DNA of 64,000 bases from Bdellovibrionota bacterium (GTDB lineage: Bacteria > Bdellovibrionota_C > UBA2361 > OMII01): positions 1-64,000 of the forward strand of contig JBIJBE010000002.1 of the NCBI GenBank assembly GCA_044345405.1. Reading direction: 5' to 3'. The notes under the pieces were generated by a model. The model saw nothing but the letters and a program-made list of their open reading frames with translations. It was not told the origin of the DNA and ran no database searches. The translations under genes and the position numbers were made by a program. This document shows positions 47,458 to 57,540 of the stretch, piece after piece; the first letter of the stretch is position 1; each line of letters starts with the position of its first letter.

Positions 47458-49470
47458 ATGACATTAACCGGCGAACCACAAACCCTCGTACAACTCGACC
47501 CATGGCTGGCTCCCTACGAGGGAGCGATCAACCACCGCAACTGGTTGACCTACGAGCGCAGCCGTCAGGTAACGCAGGGGAAGTTCTCGCTCGCCGAATT
47601 CGCGTCAGGACATGAGTACTTCGGATTACATCGAACAACTGAAGGATGGGTTCTCCGTGAGCGAGCACCCTTCGCCACTCGGATCTCCGTTATCGGGGAT
47701 TGTAACAACTGGCAGTTGGACCGGACCTACGATCTTCAACGGCGCGACCACGGAACGTGGGAGCTGAAACTTCCTGAGGCTGCGTTCACGCACGGACAGC
47801 ACTACAAGCTTGTCATGTTTTGGAACGAGCATGGGCGGGAGACCTCGGCCGAGCGACTTCCATCATTCGCCCGCCGGGTGATTCAGGACCCTCAGACGCA
47901 CCTCTTCAGCGCGCAGGTCTGGGAGCCTCAAACCCCGTACGTGTGGAAGCATCCCAATTTTCGCGTACCTCAACGAGCTCCTATTATCTATGAGGCTCAC
48001 GTTGGAATGGCCCAGGAGCGGGCAGGGGTGGGGACCTACCGCGAATTCACGGAGAACGTCCTGCCGCGTATTCACCGTGGCGGCTACAACACGATTCAGT
48101 TGATGGCCGTTCAGGAGCATCCGTACTACGGATCGTTCGGCTACCAGGTCTCAAATTTCTTCGCCCCATCATCGCGGTTCGGCACTCCGGAAGATCTCAA
48201 GGAGCTTATCGACACGGCGCACGGCCTCGGCATCGCCGTCATTATGGACCTCGTGCACTCGCACGCCGTCAAGAACGAGCTCGAGGGGTTGAGTCGCTTC
48301 GATGGGTCATACTCCCTGTACTTCCATGAAGGCGCACGGGGGGAACATCCGGCGTGGAATACACGGCTCTTCGATTACGCGAAGGGTGACACCCTTCACT
48401 TTCTTCTCTCAAACTGTCGCTACTGGCTCGACGCCTTTAAGTTCGATGGTTACCGCTTTGACGGCGTCACGAGCATGATCTATCGGGATCATGGATTAGG
48501 CTCGAGCGTTGGCTCCTACGACCACTACTTCTGCGGCAACGTCGATGAAGACGCGATGGCGTACCTGGCGCTCGCCAACGAGGTGATTCATGAGGTGAGG
48601 CCCGACGCGATTACTATCGCCGAAGAGGTAAGTGGGATGCCCGGTCTGGCGGCACCCCGCTTGCAGGGCGGCGTAGGGTTTAACTACCGCCTCGCGATGG
48701 GCGTGCCCGATTACTGGATCAAGCTCCTCAAGCACGTTCCGGACGAGCAGTGGAACGTCGCCGAGATATGGCGCGAAATATCAAGTCGTCGAGTTGATGA
48801 GCGCACGGTAGGATATGCGGAATCGCACGACCAGGCGCTTGTTGGGGACAAGACCCTTATCTTTTGGCTCGCCGACCAGGAGATGTATTGGAAGATGCGG
48901 GTAATCGATCAAAGTCTTGTGATCGACCGAGCCATCGCGCTCCATAAGATGATTCGTCTCATCACCCTCGGCACCGCAGGCAACGGGTACCTAACCTTTA
49001 TGGGGAACGAGTTCGGGCATCCCGAATGGGTCGACTTTCCACGTGAGGGGAACAATTGGTCGTACCACTATGCTCGAAGGCAGTGGAGCTTGCGAGATTC
49101 CTCGGAGCTTCGCTACAGACACCTCGCTGACTTCGACCAGGCGATGGTTGACCTCGCGGGCAAAGCCAAGGTCCTTGAGCATGAGTGGCCGTATAAGCAC
49201 TACGAGCACGTAGGTGACCAGGTTCTCGCCTTTGAGCGCGCAGATCTCCTCTTTATCTTCAACTTTAATCCGACCCATTCGTTCGATAGCCGAAGGATTT
49301 CGTGCCGCTCCGGAGCCTATAAGATAGTTCTCTCAACGGACGCACCGCAATTTGGCGGGTTCGACAGGATTGACACCTCGCTTGACTATGTGACGACCGG
49401 CGCATCGCCCGAACTCTCAATCTATATTCCAGCGCGCACCGCCGTAGTGCTTGCGCGGCAGCAGAGTTAG
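47458..49470 (+). CDS. glgB: 1,4-alpha-glucan branching enzyme (GH13_8, eukaryote/Bacteroidota-like type)
   Basis: IYEAHVGM, HPYYGSFGYQVSNFFA, DGYRFDGVTSM, IAEEVSG, YAESHDQALVGDKT, FMGNEFGHPEW. Confidence 0.95.
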   Translation: MTLTGEPQTLVQLDPWLAPYEGAINHRNWLTYERSRQVTQGKFSLAEFASGHEYFGLHRTTEGWVLRERAPFATRISVIGDCNNWQLDRTYDLQRRDHGTWELKLPEAAFTHGQHYKLVMFWNEHGRETSAERLPSFARRVIQDPQTHLFSAQVWEPQTPYVWKHPNFRVPQRAPIIYEAHVGMAQERAGVGTYREFTENVLPRIHRGGYNTIQLMAVQEHPYYGSFGYQVSNFFAPSSRFGTPEDLKELIDTAHGLGIAVIMDLVHSHAVKNELEGLSRFDGSYSLYFHEGARGEHPAWNTRLFDYAKGDTLHFLLSNCRYWLDAFKFDGYRFDGVTSMIYRDHGLGSSVGSYDHYFCGNVDEDAMAYLALANEVIHEVRPDAITIAEEVSGMPGLAAPRLQGGVGFNYRLAMGVPDYWIKLLKHVPDEQWNVAEIWREISSRRVDERTVGYAESHDQALVGDKTLIFWLADQEMYWKMRVIDQSLVIDRAIALHKMIRLITLGTAGNGYLTFMGNEFGHPEWVDFPREGNNWSYHYARRQWSLRDSSELRYRHLADFDQAMVDLAGKAKVLEHEWPYKHYEHVGDQVLAFERADLLFIFNFNPTHSFDSRRISCRSGAYKIVLSTDAPQFGGFDRIDTSLDYVTTGASPELSIYIPARTAVVLARQQS

Positions 49471-49480
49471 AAGTTCAGGC

Positions 49481-50707
49481 CTACGATAAACGGTCGAGGA
49501 CGAAGTCCGCCACGCTCCGCCCAGCGGAGAGGGCACCGTTCTGCGAAGGATAGGTGAGGTAATCCCCCGCGTAGAGTATCCCTGAAACCTCGGAGTAGCC
49601 GACCGACATCCGGGGCCTGCTCACCACAGACGCTGGGAGAGCCACTCTCATCAGGTAATTCCAATCCTGAACTTCGGCTCCGTACCACGTAGCTGCTTGG
49701 GCGACGAGCGACTCCTTCTGGCTTGCCTCAGAGAGTGAAGCCGCGTCTCCGATGGCGGTAATCGCGATCAGCGCCCGCCCAGGTGGCGCGTACGAAGGCT
49801 GCACGTTAGAGAGAACCGCAAGGGTGGCTATCGGACCGCCGTCTGCGTTGAGCACTATCACGGGCTCGTGAAAGGGTGCCTTAGGCGCAGAGAAGTAGAG
49901 GGTGCACGACGCGAGGTGGTGCATCGTTTGCTCGGGCGAGCCGAGCTGGGTCGCTGACATCGTGTCGACGGCGCAAATAACTTGGCGCGCTCGATAGGAG
50001 TCGCCGTTATCAAGGGTAACCTCGTCCCGCGTTATCGCGTTTACGGTGGCGTTGAGGCGAATGTGCGAGCGACCGATCTGATCGGCGAGTAGGTTCGGGA
50101 GCGCCTGAATTCCCGCCTCGGGGAGAGCGGCCTCGCCCCGAGCAAACATCTGAAGGTAGAAACACGCCAGACCAAAATCAGCTCGCAGAAGGGGATCGAG
50201 AAGCACCCCTCGAAGGAATGGCCTCAGGAATCCATCTTGAAAACGCCTCGAGAATCCGGTCGCGGTGAGACCGAGGTCGGTCGAGAGATCCCTTGAGGCG
50301 CAGGCGGAGCCTCCCCTTCGAGTTAACAGGAAGAGACGAAAGAAATCCGAAAACGAACCCAATGAGGAGCGGAGCACTGAGAAGATCTCCTCTGGATGGC
50401 GGAGGGGGTCCATAAAGTCTACGAAGGCGCCATTGCGTCGAACGCGAGCACCCGAGGAAAAGCTTCGACACCCAAGCTGATTCGAGCCCTCAATGGCGCG
50501 CACCTCAGGATAGGCGGTCAGGAGTACCTGGAAGCCGTGATCGATCTTGTACCCAGCGGCTTCGTGGGTGGCCATGCGCCCCCCGATATGGTCGGCCCGT
50601 TCAAAGACCAATACGGAGAGACCGGCCTCCGCGAGCCGATGCGCGGCTCGCAGTCCGGTGAGCCCAGCCCCTATAACGATCACATCAGCGTCGGGAAGTT
50701 TTGTCAT
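49481..50707 (-). CDS. FAD-dependent oxidoreductase (flavin amine oxidase family)
   Basis: VIGAGLTGL, ERADHIGGR, IDHGFQVLLTAYP, AGDY...NGALSAGR. Confidence 0.9.
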   Translation of the reverse strand: MTKLPDADVIVIGAGLTGLRAAHRLAEAGLSVLVFERADHIGGRMATHEAAGYKIDHGFQVLLTAYPEVRAIEGSNQLGCRSFSSGARVRRNGAFVDFMDPLRHPEEIFSVLRSSLGSFSDFFRLFLLTRRGGSACASRDLSTDLGLTATGFSRRFQDGFLRPFLRGVLLDPLLRADFGLACFYLQMFARGEAALPEAGIQALPNLLADQIGRSHIRLNATVNAITRDEVTLDNGDSYRARQVICAVDTMSATQLGSPEQTMHHLASCTLYFSAPKAPFHEPVIVLNADGGPIATLAVLSNVQPSYAPPGRALIAITAIGDAASLSEASQKESLVAQAATWYGAEVQDWNYLMRVALPASVVSRPRMSVGYSEVSGILYAGDYLTYPSQNGALSAGRSVADFVLDRLS

Positions 50708-50890
50708 ACTTGAGCACGGTCGGTAGGAGGACGTCTGAGCCTCTATTCAGGAATACCAAGTCCCTCCCGAGGATCGCAACCAACTAAAGAGAAACGATTT
50801 CTTAACACTGGTACCCGTCATGGTCTGTAGGTCCGCGAACCGACCTCGGGTAGCGTGAAAAGTACCACGACTCATGGTAGCATCTCGCGC

Positions 50891-51739
50891 ATGGAGTTCA
50901 CCTCAAACAACGACCGTTTCATGGGATTTACCCAACTTGTCGGCCCCGAAGCCTACGAGAGGATCTCTCGTGCCTCGGTGTGCGTCGTGGGACTCGGAGG
51001 GGTCGGTTCGTGGACGGTCGAGGCGCTCGCTCGGTGTGGTGTGGGTGCGCTCACCCTGGTGGATCTCGATGAGGTGTGTGTCACTAACGTGAACCGACAG
51101 TTGCATGCGCTTACCTCTACCGTTGGCACCTCAAAGGCTGAGGTGCTCGGGAATCGGGTCCGGGAGATCAATCCCGACTGTTCCGTTCGGGTGATGAAGA
51201 AGTTTTTCTCTGAAAAAACCGCCGAGGAGATCCTCGGAGTTGGGTATTCGCTGGTGCTCGACACTATCGATACCGCCGACCATAAGATCACGCTTCTTGC
51301 TGAGTGCGCCCGCCGTGGCATTCCCGCTATCACCGTTGGCTCAGCGGGCAATAGAACCTCTCCAACAAGCGCGCGGGTTGAGGATCTCTCGAAAACTATT
51401 CACGATCCGCTACTGCAGATCGTTCGAAAAAAGCTTCGACAGGAGCATGACTTTCCACGGAGCGAGAGAACTCGGTTCGATATTCCATGCGTGTACGCGC
51501 CACTTCAGCGAGGCCCTCGTGATACCGAAGATGCGCAGTGCGCTGCGGATCAATCCCAACCAAGAGCGCGGGCAAAAAGTTGCAACGCGGGGCTCGGAAG
51601 CGCTGTGTTTATGACCGGCACAATAGGGTTTATCGCCGCAGCGGAGGCGATCGAACTTCTCTCCCGCGAAACGCCGCTTCATCCATACCGATGGGTCGAG
51701 AATCGACGGGCGAGATTGGCCGAGCCTGAAATCGCATAA
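50891..51739 (+). CDS. tcdA: tRNA threonylcarbamoyladenosine dehydratase (ThiF/E1-like)
   Basis: VVGLGGVGSWTVEALAR, DLDEVCVTNVNRQ, DLSKTIHDPLL..VRKKLR, C..GLGSAVFMTGTIG. Alternative GTG start at 50855. Confidence 0.9.
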   Translation: MEFTSNNDRFMGFTQLVGPEAYERISRASVCVVGLGGVGSWTVEALARCGVGALTLVDLDEVCVTNVNRQLHALTSTVGTSKAEVLGNRVREINPDCSVRVMKKFFSEKTAEEILGVGYSLVLDTIDTADHKITLLAECARRGIPAITVGSAGNRTSPTSARVEDLSKTIHDPLLQIVRKKLRQEHDFPRSERTRFDIPCVYAPLQRGPRDTEDAQCAADQSQPRARAKSCNAGLGSAVFMTGTIGFIAAAEAIELLSRETPLHPYRWVENRRARLAEPEIA

Positions 51740-51796
51740 CCTCAAACGCCCTTCTCAGCGAACGAAAACAGGTTCGTTACATGCCTTTCGGCCAGG

Positions 51797-52030
51797 TCAA
51801 CTTGAGCGAAACTTGTAGCGAAGGCACACATCCGCGGCGTTCGAACTCTCAAAGAGGTGCCGACAGACCGGACACACGAAATCAATCTGAGTTGGTGTTG
51901 GTGTGACTCCAATTACGAATAAGAGCCAACCGAACCCGTGATACCGCGCCACAGCTAAGGTTGCTGGGTCGGTAACGCTCCGGCCGCATCGACATACGCT
52001 CGTATCGGACTCGTTACACATCTGATTCAT
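51797..52030 (-). CDS. Small Cys-rich protein (CxC - hydrophobic segment - CxxC)
   Basis: CRCG...GFGWLLFVIGV...FVCPVC. Overlaps the tatD stop. Confidence 0.65.
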   Translation of the reverse strand: MNQMCNESDTSVCRCGRSVTDPATLAVARYHGFGWLLFVIGVTPTPTQIDFVCPVCRHLFESSNAADVCLRYKFRSS

Positions 52031-52829
52031 AGTGGTTCGCACCAAACAATCGCGTAAGATTTTCCTTCATACGCTCGGCGACCTCGTCTTGCGAGGTCCC
52101 TAGGACCTGCGCGATACCGGCATACACCAGCTGGATATTGCCTGGATGATTATAACCGAGACTCTGATCCGTTCCAGTCCGATAGAGGTCTGTCTCCGGC
52201 GACGGAGCTTGGTCAGGAGCATCGGTCTCAGCAAGAAGACGATCGAGTGGCACGTGTCGAAACACATCAAGCTTCTTTTCTCGTTGCGGGGCGAAGAAGG
52301 CCGGAGCTACCGAAAAGTAGGCGCCCAGCTCGGTAAACGCCCCTACCATGTCACGAGGACCCGAATAGGAGTGTAATAGAAATCCCCTCGTGGGAGCGCC
52401 GTGCGATCGTAACAGCTCTAGCAATCGACCCCACGCTTTTAATCCGTGAATGGTAACGGGTAGGCTTCGCTCTCGGGCGATCGAAAGTTGGGCGAGAAAG
52501 ATCTCCTCCTGTTTTTCCCGGTCAATACCTTCCTTCCAGTGGTCGATCCCGATCTCGCCAACACATGACGGGAAACGGTCGAGATATGATGCGAGGGTTG
52601 AAAGATACTCATTCGGAAGATCGTCGACATACCACGGGTGAACGCCGAAGGAGGGGAGTACCCATTGGCATCGTTCCGCAAGAGCGGCTACCCGGGGCCA
52701 ATCACGGGGATGGGTTCCATTCACCACCGCGCGCCGCACGCCGATTCGCTCACACTCGGCGATGATTTCATCCAGCGAGGAAGAGAGCCTCTCGTCCTGC
52801 AGGTGATTGTGAGCGTCGAGGAACACCAT
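52014..52829 (-). CDS. tatD: TatD family nuclease
   Basis: DAHNHL, GVHPW, VGEIGID, TIH, LHSY, LAETDAP. Confidence 0.93.
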   Translation of the reverse strand: MVFLDAHNHLQDERLSSSLDEIIAECERIGVRRAVVNGTHPRDWPRVAALAERCQWVLPSFGVHPWYVDDLPNEYLSTLASYLDRFPSCVGEIGIDHWKEGIDREKQEEIFLAQLSIARERSLPVTIHGLKAWGRLLELLRSHGAPTRGFLLHSYSGPRDMVGAFTELGAYFSVAPAFFAPQREKKLDVFRHVPLDRLLAETDAPDQAPSPETDLYRTGTDQSLGYNHPGNIQLVYAGIAQVLGTSQDEVAERMKENLTRLFGANHYESDV

Positions 52830-52831
52830 AC

Positions 52832-53278
52832 CTAGACGGCGATCTGGTGAGCGCTCGCGTCGCGTGCGGCATGAAGGATGAACGATACGGTGCTGGACAC
52901 CGCGCGTTTCCGCGTTGTCGAGAGAAGTCGCTCAAGCGCGAGGATGTTCACGAGCGCGTCGCCGATCTCAATGACTTCTTCAGGTGTTCGAGCGCTGTAG
53001 AGATCGCAGATAAAGGAAGCTATCCCCTGAACCATATCGGACTCGCTCTTCGCGCCGAACACGCAGCGCCCGTCAACAACGGAGCCGTGAAGCCACAAAC
53101 CGGAGAGGCATCCCGGCACCTTTCGATCTGGGGTGAGGAGATCGGGCGTAAGCTCAGGCTGAATTGAGGGGCGCTCCATGAGCCACGAGAGCCTATCCTC
53201 GCTATTGTCGAGATCCCGATACTCCTCAACGAGGGAGCGATGGTCAGCCTGCGCGATGAAACGATCAATCCCGTTCAT
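52832..53278 (-). CDS. sufE: SufE/CsdE family sulfur acceptor
   Basis: KVPGCLSGLWL (acceptor Cys), SESDMVQGI, LLSTTR. Confidence 0.88.
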   Translation of the reverse strand: MNGIDRFIAQADHRSLVEEYRDLDNSEDRLSWLMERPSIQPELTPDLLTPDRKVPGCLSGLWLHGSVVDGRCVFGAKSESDMVQGIASFICDLYSARTPEEVIEIGDALVNILALERLLSTTRKRAVSSTVSFILHAARDASAHQIAV

Positions 53279-53292
53279 ACAAAAGCTCCGAC

Positions 53293-54903
53293 TTATTGGA
53301 CGAAGTCCTTAAAGACGTGATCTGGATTCTTCTCCTGGACGTATTTCTTCTCCCACTCAGCCTTGAGCAGGATAACGGTGCGATCCCGGGCGTCGAGCGC
53401 GAGCATTGAGCCCATCGGCAACGAGAGGGTCTTCGTATCACCTTCAACGTAGACGCTGTACCTGAACGGAAGGAAATCGACCGCGGTATCGACCCCGTAC
53501 TCATCCTTCAAACGGAATTGGAGCACCTCAAACTGAAGTCTACCGACCGCGGCCACCAATGGCGGGTCCTTCGGATTTCGGTGTGATCGAAGGATTTGAA
53601 CCGCACCCTCGTAGGCGAGCTGCAAAATCCCCTTATCAAAGTTCTTATGTTTGAGCACATCGGTTGGGCGGATCTGCGCCACGATCTCCGGCGGGAACTG
53701 TGGCATCGGCTTGTAGTTAAAACCACCCTGCATTGATACCGTATCACCGATCGCGAAGACCCCCGGATTGATCACGCCGATAATATCACCCGGATAGGCG
53801 ACCTCTACCGTATTCCGATCTTGGGCCACCATGCTGTACGAACGGGAGAGGCGAACCTCCTTTCCGGTGCGGTGGTGCTTCACCACCATGTCACGCTCGA
53901 AGCGCCCGGAGCACACGCGCAAGAACGCCATGCTGTCTCGGTGCTTCGGGTTCATGTTCGCTTGGATCTTAAAGACGTATCCAGAAAACGGCGCGTCTAC
54001 CGGATCCACTTCAACGGTCTCTCCCTTAAGATCTGTCGCTTCGTAGGAGTGAGGCCGTGGTGCCATGTCGGTAAAGTTGTCGAAGAAGGGCTCGACGCCA
54101 AAGTTCGTCAGCGCGGACCCAAAAAACACCGGCGTTATCTTTCCGGCAAGGAAATCCTCATAGGAGAACGGATTTCCAGCGGCCTGCAGAAGCTCAAGCT
54201 CATCCTCTAGGTGTTCCGCTTGTCCGGGATCGAGCTCTCCGCTCGCTTTCGCTTCATCGAGCGACATCGTTCGGAATTCAGCTTTGCCGGCTCCACCAAC
54301 CTTTGATTTCGTAAAGAGGATGCACTGACGGGTCTTCGGATAGACGATTCCTTTGAACGATGCGCCGCTTCCGATGGGCCAACTAATAGGGGACGCCAAG
54401 ATACCGAGCACATCCTCTACCTCTTGAAGGAGGTCTAACGGCTCCTTACTTGGAAGGTCCATCTTGTTGATAAAGGTGAGCACCGGTGTTTTGCGCAGAC
54501 GACACACCGCGAAGAGCTTTCGAGTCTGGGTTTCAACTCCCTTTCCGGCGTCGAGCACCATCACAGCGCTATCAGCGGCGGTGAGTGTGCGATAGGTGTC
54601 CTCACTGAAGTCTTGGTGGCCTGGCGTATCAAGAACGTTGATGACCGCCTCTTTGTAGGGAAACTGCATCGCGGACGCGGAGACCGAGATCCCACGCTCA
54701 CGCTCAAGGGCCATCCAGTCGGAGCTCGTCGCCTTGCCACCTTTACGCGCCCGCACCATTCCAGCGACCCCGATCTGCCCCGAATAGAGGAGGAGCTTCT
54801 CGGTTAAGGTCGTTTTACCGGCATCCGGGTGACTAATAATCGCAAAGGTTCTCCGCTTTGCGGTCTCGGTCGACATCTCTTTGTGGGCAACTGCGTCGGA
54901 CAT
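53293..54903 (-). CDS. prfC: Peptide chain release factor 3
   Basis: RRTFAIISHPDAGKTTLTEKLLL, DTPGHQDFSEDTYR, FKIQANMNPKHRD. Confidence 0.98.
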   Translation of the reverse strand: MSDAVAHKEMSTETAKRRTFAIISHPDAGKTTLTEKLLLYSGQIGVAGMVRARKGGKATSSDWMALERERGISVSASAMQFPYKEAVINVLDTPGHQDFSEDTYRTLTAADSAVMVLDAGKGVETQTRKLFAVCRLRKTPVLTFINKMDLPSKEPLDLLQEVEDVLGILASPISWPIGSGASFKGIVYPKTRQCILFTKSKVGGAGKAEFRTMSLDEAKASGELDPGQAEHLEDELELLQAAGNPFSYEDFLAGKITPVFFGSALTNFGVEPFFDNFTDMAPRPHSYEATDLKGETVEVDPVDAPFSGYVFKIQANMNPKHRDSMAFLRVCSGRFERDMVVKHHRTGKEVRLSRSYSMVAQDRNTVEVAYPGDIIGVINPGVFAIGDTVSMQGGFNYKPMPQFPPEIVAQIRPTDVLKHKNFDKGILQLAYEGAVQILRSHRNPKDPPLVAAVGRLQFEVLQFRLKDEYGVDTAVDFLPFRYSVYVEGDTKTLSLPMGSMLALDARDRTVILLKAEWEKKYVQEKNPDHVFKDFVQ

Positions 54904-55128
54904 TGTAGCACTTCGAAAATAAGCCCCCTTTGTGTACCACAATTCATAGGGTTACGCACGATAGGGGGAGAGGGGCTTTTCGGGGCGTAAGGGGCTGAAT
55001 GTACGGCCCCAGAGGTCCCGAGGAGTACCCCAAACGCCAAAACCCAACCCGTATCCGAAGCCCATCTAGTGTGCTAGAAAGCTCGATATTCCGGCTTCGC
55101 ACACACAGTTTCTGGGCGACGCTATATC

Positions 55129-55644
55129 ATGAAGGAGTCGCCTAGTATGGATAACCTTACCCTCGTTGCTAAAGATACCGTTGTTAGCTTTCACTACACC
55201 TTAACCGATAAAGGGGGACAGGTTCTTGATTCCTCTCAGGGAAGCCAGCCCCTTGTATACCTTCACGGCTACTCGCAGATCGTTCCAGGTCTTGAGAACG
55301 CGCTTGTTGGAAAGACGACAGGAGCCTCGTTCAAGGTTGAGGTAACCCCAGCTGAGGGATACGGCGAGCGAAACGAGCAGATGGTCATCACGCTGCCTCG
55401 CACCCAGGGCAACCTGCCAGAGGACATCGCGGTTGGATTTGTGGTTGAGCTCGTGTCTCCAGAAGGAGACGAGATCCCGGCTCGCGTGGTGAAGCTCACC
55501 GAGAGTGATATCACCCTCGACGCAAATCACCCACTCGCTGGCGAGACCCTTTACTTCGATATCGAGCTCACAAATGTGCGCGCGGCAACGACGGAGGAGA
55601 TTGAGCACGGTCATGTTCACGGACCAGGCGGGCACCACCACTAA
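55129..55644 (+). CDS. slyD: FKBP-type peptidyl-prolyl isomerase SlyD
   Basis: YLHG..QIVPGLENAL, DANHPLAG, His-rich tail HGHVHGPGGHHH. Start may be 55147. Confidence 0.95.
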   Translation: MKESPSMDNLTLVAKDTVVSFHYTLTDKGGQVLDSSQGSQPLVYLHGYSQIVPGLENALVGKTTGASFKVEVTPAEGYGERNEQMVITLPRTQGNLPEDIAVGFVVELVSPEGDEIPARVVKLTESDITLDANHPLAGETLYFDIELTNVRAATTEEIEHGHVHGPGGHHH

Positions 55645-55709
55645 GAGGGGCTCGGACTCTTACTAACGCGGCGTTGCGTCACACGACCAACGCCGCTACC
55701 ATTTCCCGA

Positions 55710-55964
55710 ATGATCATCCCTCAGTCAGCACTTAGCGCCGAAGCACTCCTTGGGATTATCAAGGAGTTCGTGACCCGTGAGGGCACCGAATACGGCGCCG
55801 TTGATATCTCCCTAGAAACCAAAATTAAACAGGTTCAGCGACAGATCGAACGGGGGGATGTTGTTATCGTCTTTGACGAAGGTACCGAGAGCGTCGACCT
55901 CGTTTCGAAGGGGTCTCAACGGTACAAGACCCTCCTGGCGCAGTCGGCGGGGCAGGGGGAATGA
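55710..55964 (+). CDS. yheU: YheU (UPF0270) family protein
   Basis: MIIP..ALSAEAL..IIKEFVTREGTEYG...G.VVIVFDE.TES. Confidence 0.9.
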   Translation: MIIPQSALSAEALLGIIKEFVTREGTEYGAVDISLETKIKQVQRQIERGDVVIVFDEGTESVDLVSKGSQRYKTLLAQSAGQGE

Positions 55965-56458
55965 GCCTGAAGGGTACCACCACCCTCGCACTCTTGTTTC
56001 TCCCGCTGGTAGGGTGTGGACCGCTCATACCGATTCCTCCAGGCACCCCGGTTAGCGACCTCGTCCTCTCCCACACCTCTCCCGAAAGCTCGATTCAACG
56101 GTTTACCCTGGACGGGAAGAGCTATTCCGCTCCAACTCTCTCATTTCAGATTCCTGCCGGCCCTCACACCCTCTCGATAGTCTGGGACGTTACGATCTCC
56201 GACCGGTGCGACCCGGAGGAGAATCTGTGCGGGGCCACCTCCCTTGGTGGACGGTGTTCGGGGCAGTTCACCGCTGAACCCAACGAGCGGTATCGGATCC
56301 TCTTGGATTCACGCCACGGAAAGGTGGCGGCGTCCGTTGTGAAACGGGGGGCGTCGGCCCTGTACATAGGGCAGGATGAGGCTATAGTAGCGCCCCTTAC
56401 CTGTGAGAGAATGACCCGACGAGACCGCCAGAATTCATCTGCTCTCGTTACGTTCTAA
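55961..56458 (+). CDS. Hypothetical lipoprotein (likely paralog of 2713..3252)
   Basis: Lipobox LVGC and LDGK...FQIPAGPHTL. Confidence 0.75.
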   Translation: MSLKGTTTLALLFLPLVGCGPLIPIPPGTPVSDLVLSHTSPESSIQRFTLDGKSYSAPTLSFQIPAGPHTLSIVWDVTISDRCDPEENLCGATSLGGRCSGQFTAEPNERYRILLDSRHGKVAASVVKRGASALYIGQDEAIVAPLTCERMTRRDRQNSSALVTF

Positions 56459-56463
56459 TAGCT

Positions 56464-57540
56464 GTGACCACACCATCGAGGAAGAAAAACGTGATCGCTT
56501 CGCGACCACGCCGCTCCACGGCGATCGGTGGAGACACGCTCGCGAACATGACCGATGAGGAGCTCCTCGATCTCCGCATGTGCGACCTCGACATCGCGAT
56601 AAAGGGAAGCGAGCTTGAGTCACGGATTGAGAAAGCGGTTCACGAGCTGCGGGAGAACGATCTCGACTTCAATCCACACTTCTGGCTCTCTGATGAGTGG
56701 TTCTGCGCCGATGGAATTCCTGGCATAGCGATTCCGTTCTACCTCGCGCACCCTCGGCTTGAGAGGTTAGAGCGCTCCCAACTCCTCGAAGTTGAGGGAG
56801 GGGATGAGAAGTGGTGTCTCAAGATCCTTCGGCACGAACTCGGTCACGCTATCGAGAACGCGTATCGAACCCGTCGACTCAAGGCGCGGCGAACGCTCTT
56901 CGGGAAATCAACGGAGCCGTATCCGGAGTACTATTCGCCCCGACCGTACAGTAAGAGTTTCGTACTGCATCTCGACCCGTGGTACGCGCAGAGTCATCCC
57001 GATGAGGACTTCGCGGAAACGTTCGCGGTGTGGTTGACCCCAAACTCGCAATGGAGAGAGCGGTACGCTGAATGGCCCGCCCTCAAAAAGCTTGAGTATA
57101 TGGACACCCTCATGAGCGACCTGCGCGGAAAACGACCGCCGGTGCGCAACAAAAAGATTCTGGATCCCTACACCAGATACACGAAGACCCTCCGCGAACA
57201 CTACCAGAAGCGAAAAGGGAAGTACGGCAAGGAGCATCCATCCTTCTACGACAAAGACTTGCGAATCTTATTCTCGTCTGAGCCGGAATTCGCGAAGAAT
57301 CCAACGGCCGCGTCACTCATTAAACGCCGTCGGCGGATAATTCGGGCCACAGTTTCCCGCTGGACGGGAGCTTACCAGTATACTACTGATCAGGTGTTAG
57401 ATGCGATCGTTCAGAGGTGTGTCGAGTTAAACCTTCGACTCACCTCACCGGAGGAGATTGCGGTTAAGGAATTTACCGTTCTTCTAACCGTGCAAACGAT
57501 GAACTACCTCCACAGCGGGCGCCACAGAATAGCACTATGA
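56464..57540 (+). CDS. Putative zinc-binding metallopeptidase (zincin)
   Basis: LRHELGH (HExxH) and YAQSHPDEDFAETFAVWL. Confidence 0.88.
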   Translation: MTTPSRKKNVIASRPRRSTAIGGDTLANMTDEELLDLRMCDLDIAIKGSELESRIEKAVHELRENDLDFNPHFWLSDEWFCADGIPGIAIPFYLAHPRLERLERSQLLEVEGGDEKWCLKILRHELGHAIENAYRTRRLKARRTLFGKSTEPYPEYYSPRPYSKSFVLHLDPWYAQSHPDEDFAETFAVWLTPNSQWRERYAEWPALKKLEYMDTLMSDLRGKRPPVRNKKILDPYTRYTKTLREHYQKRKGKYGKEHPSFYDKDLRILFSSEPEFAKNPTAASLIKRRRRIIRATVSRWTGAYQYTTDQVLDAIVQRCVELNLRLTSPEEIAVKEFTVLLTVQTMNYLHSGRHRIAL

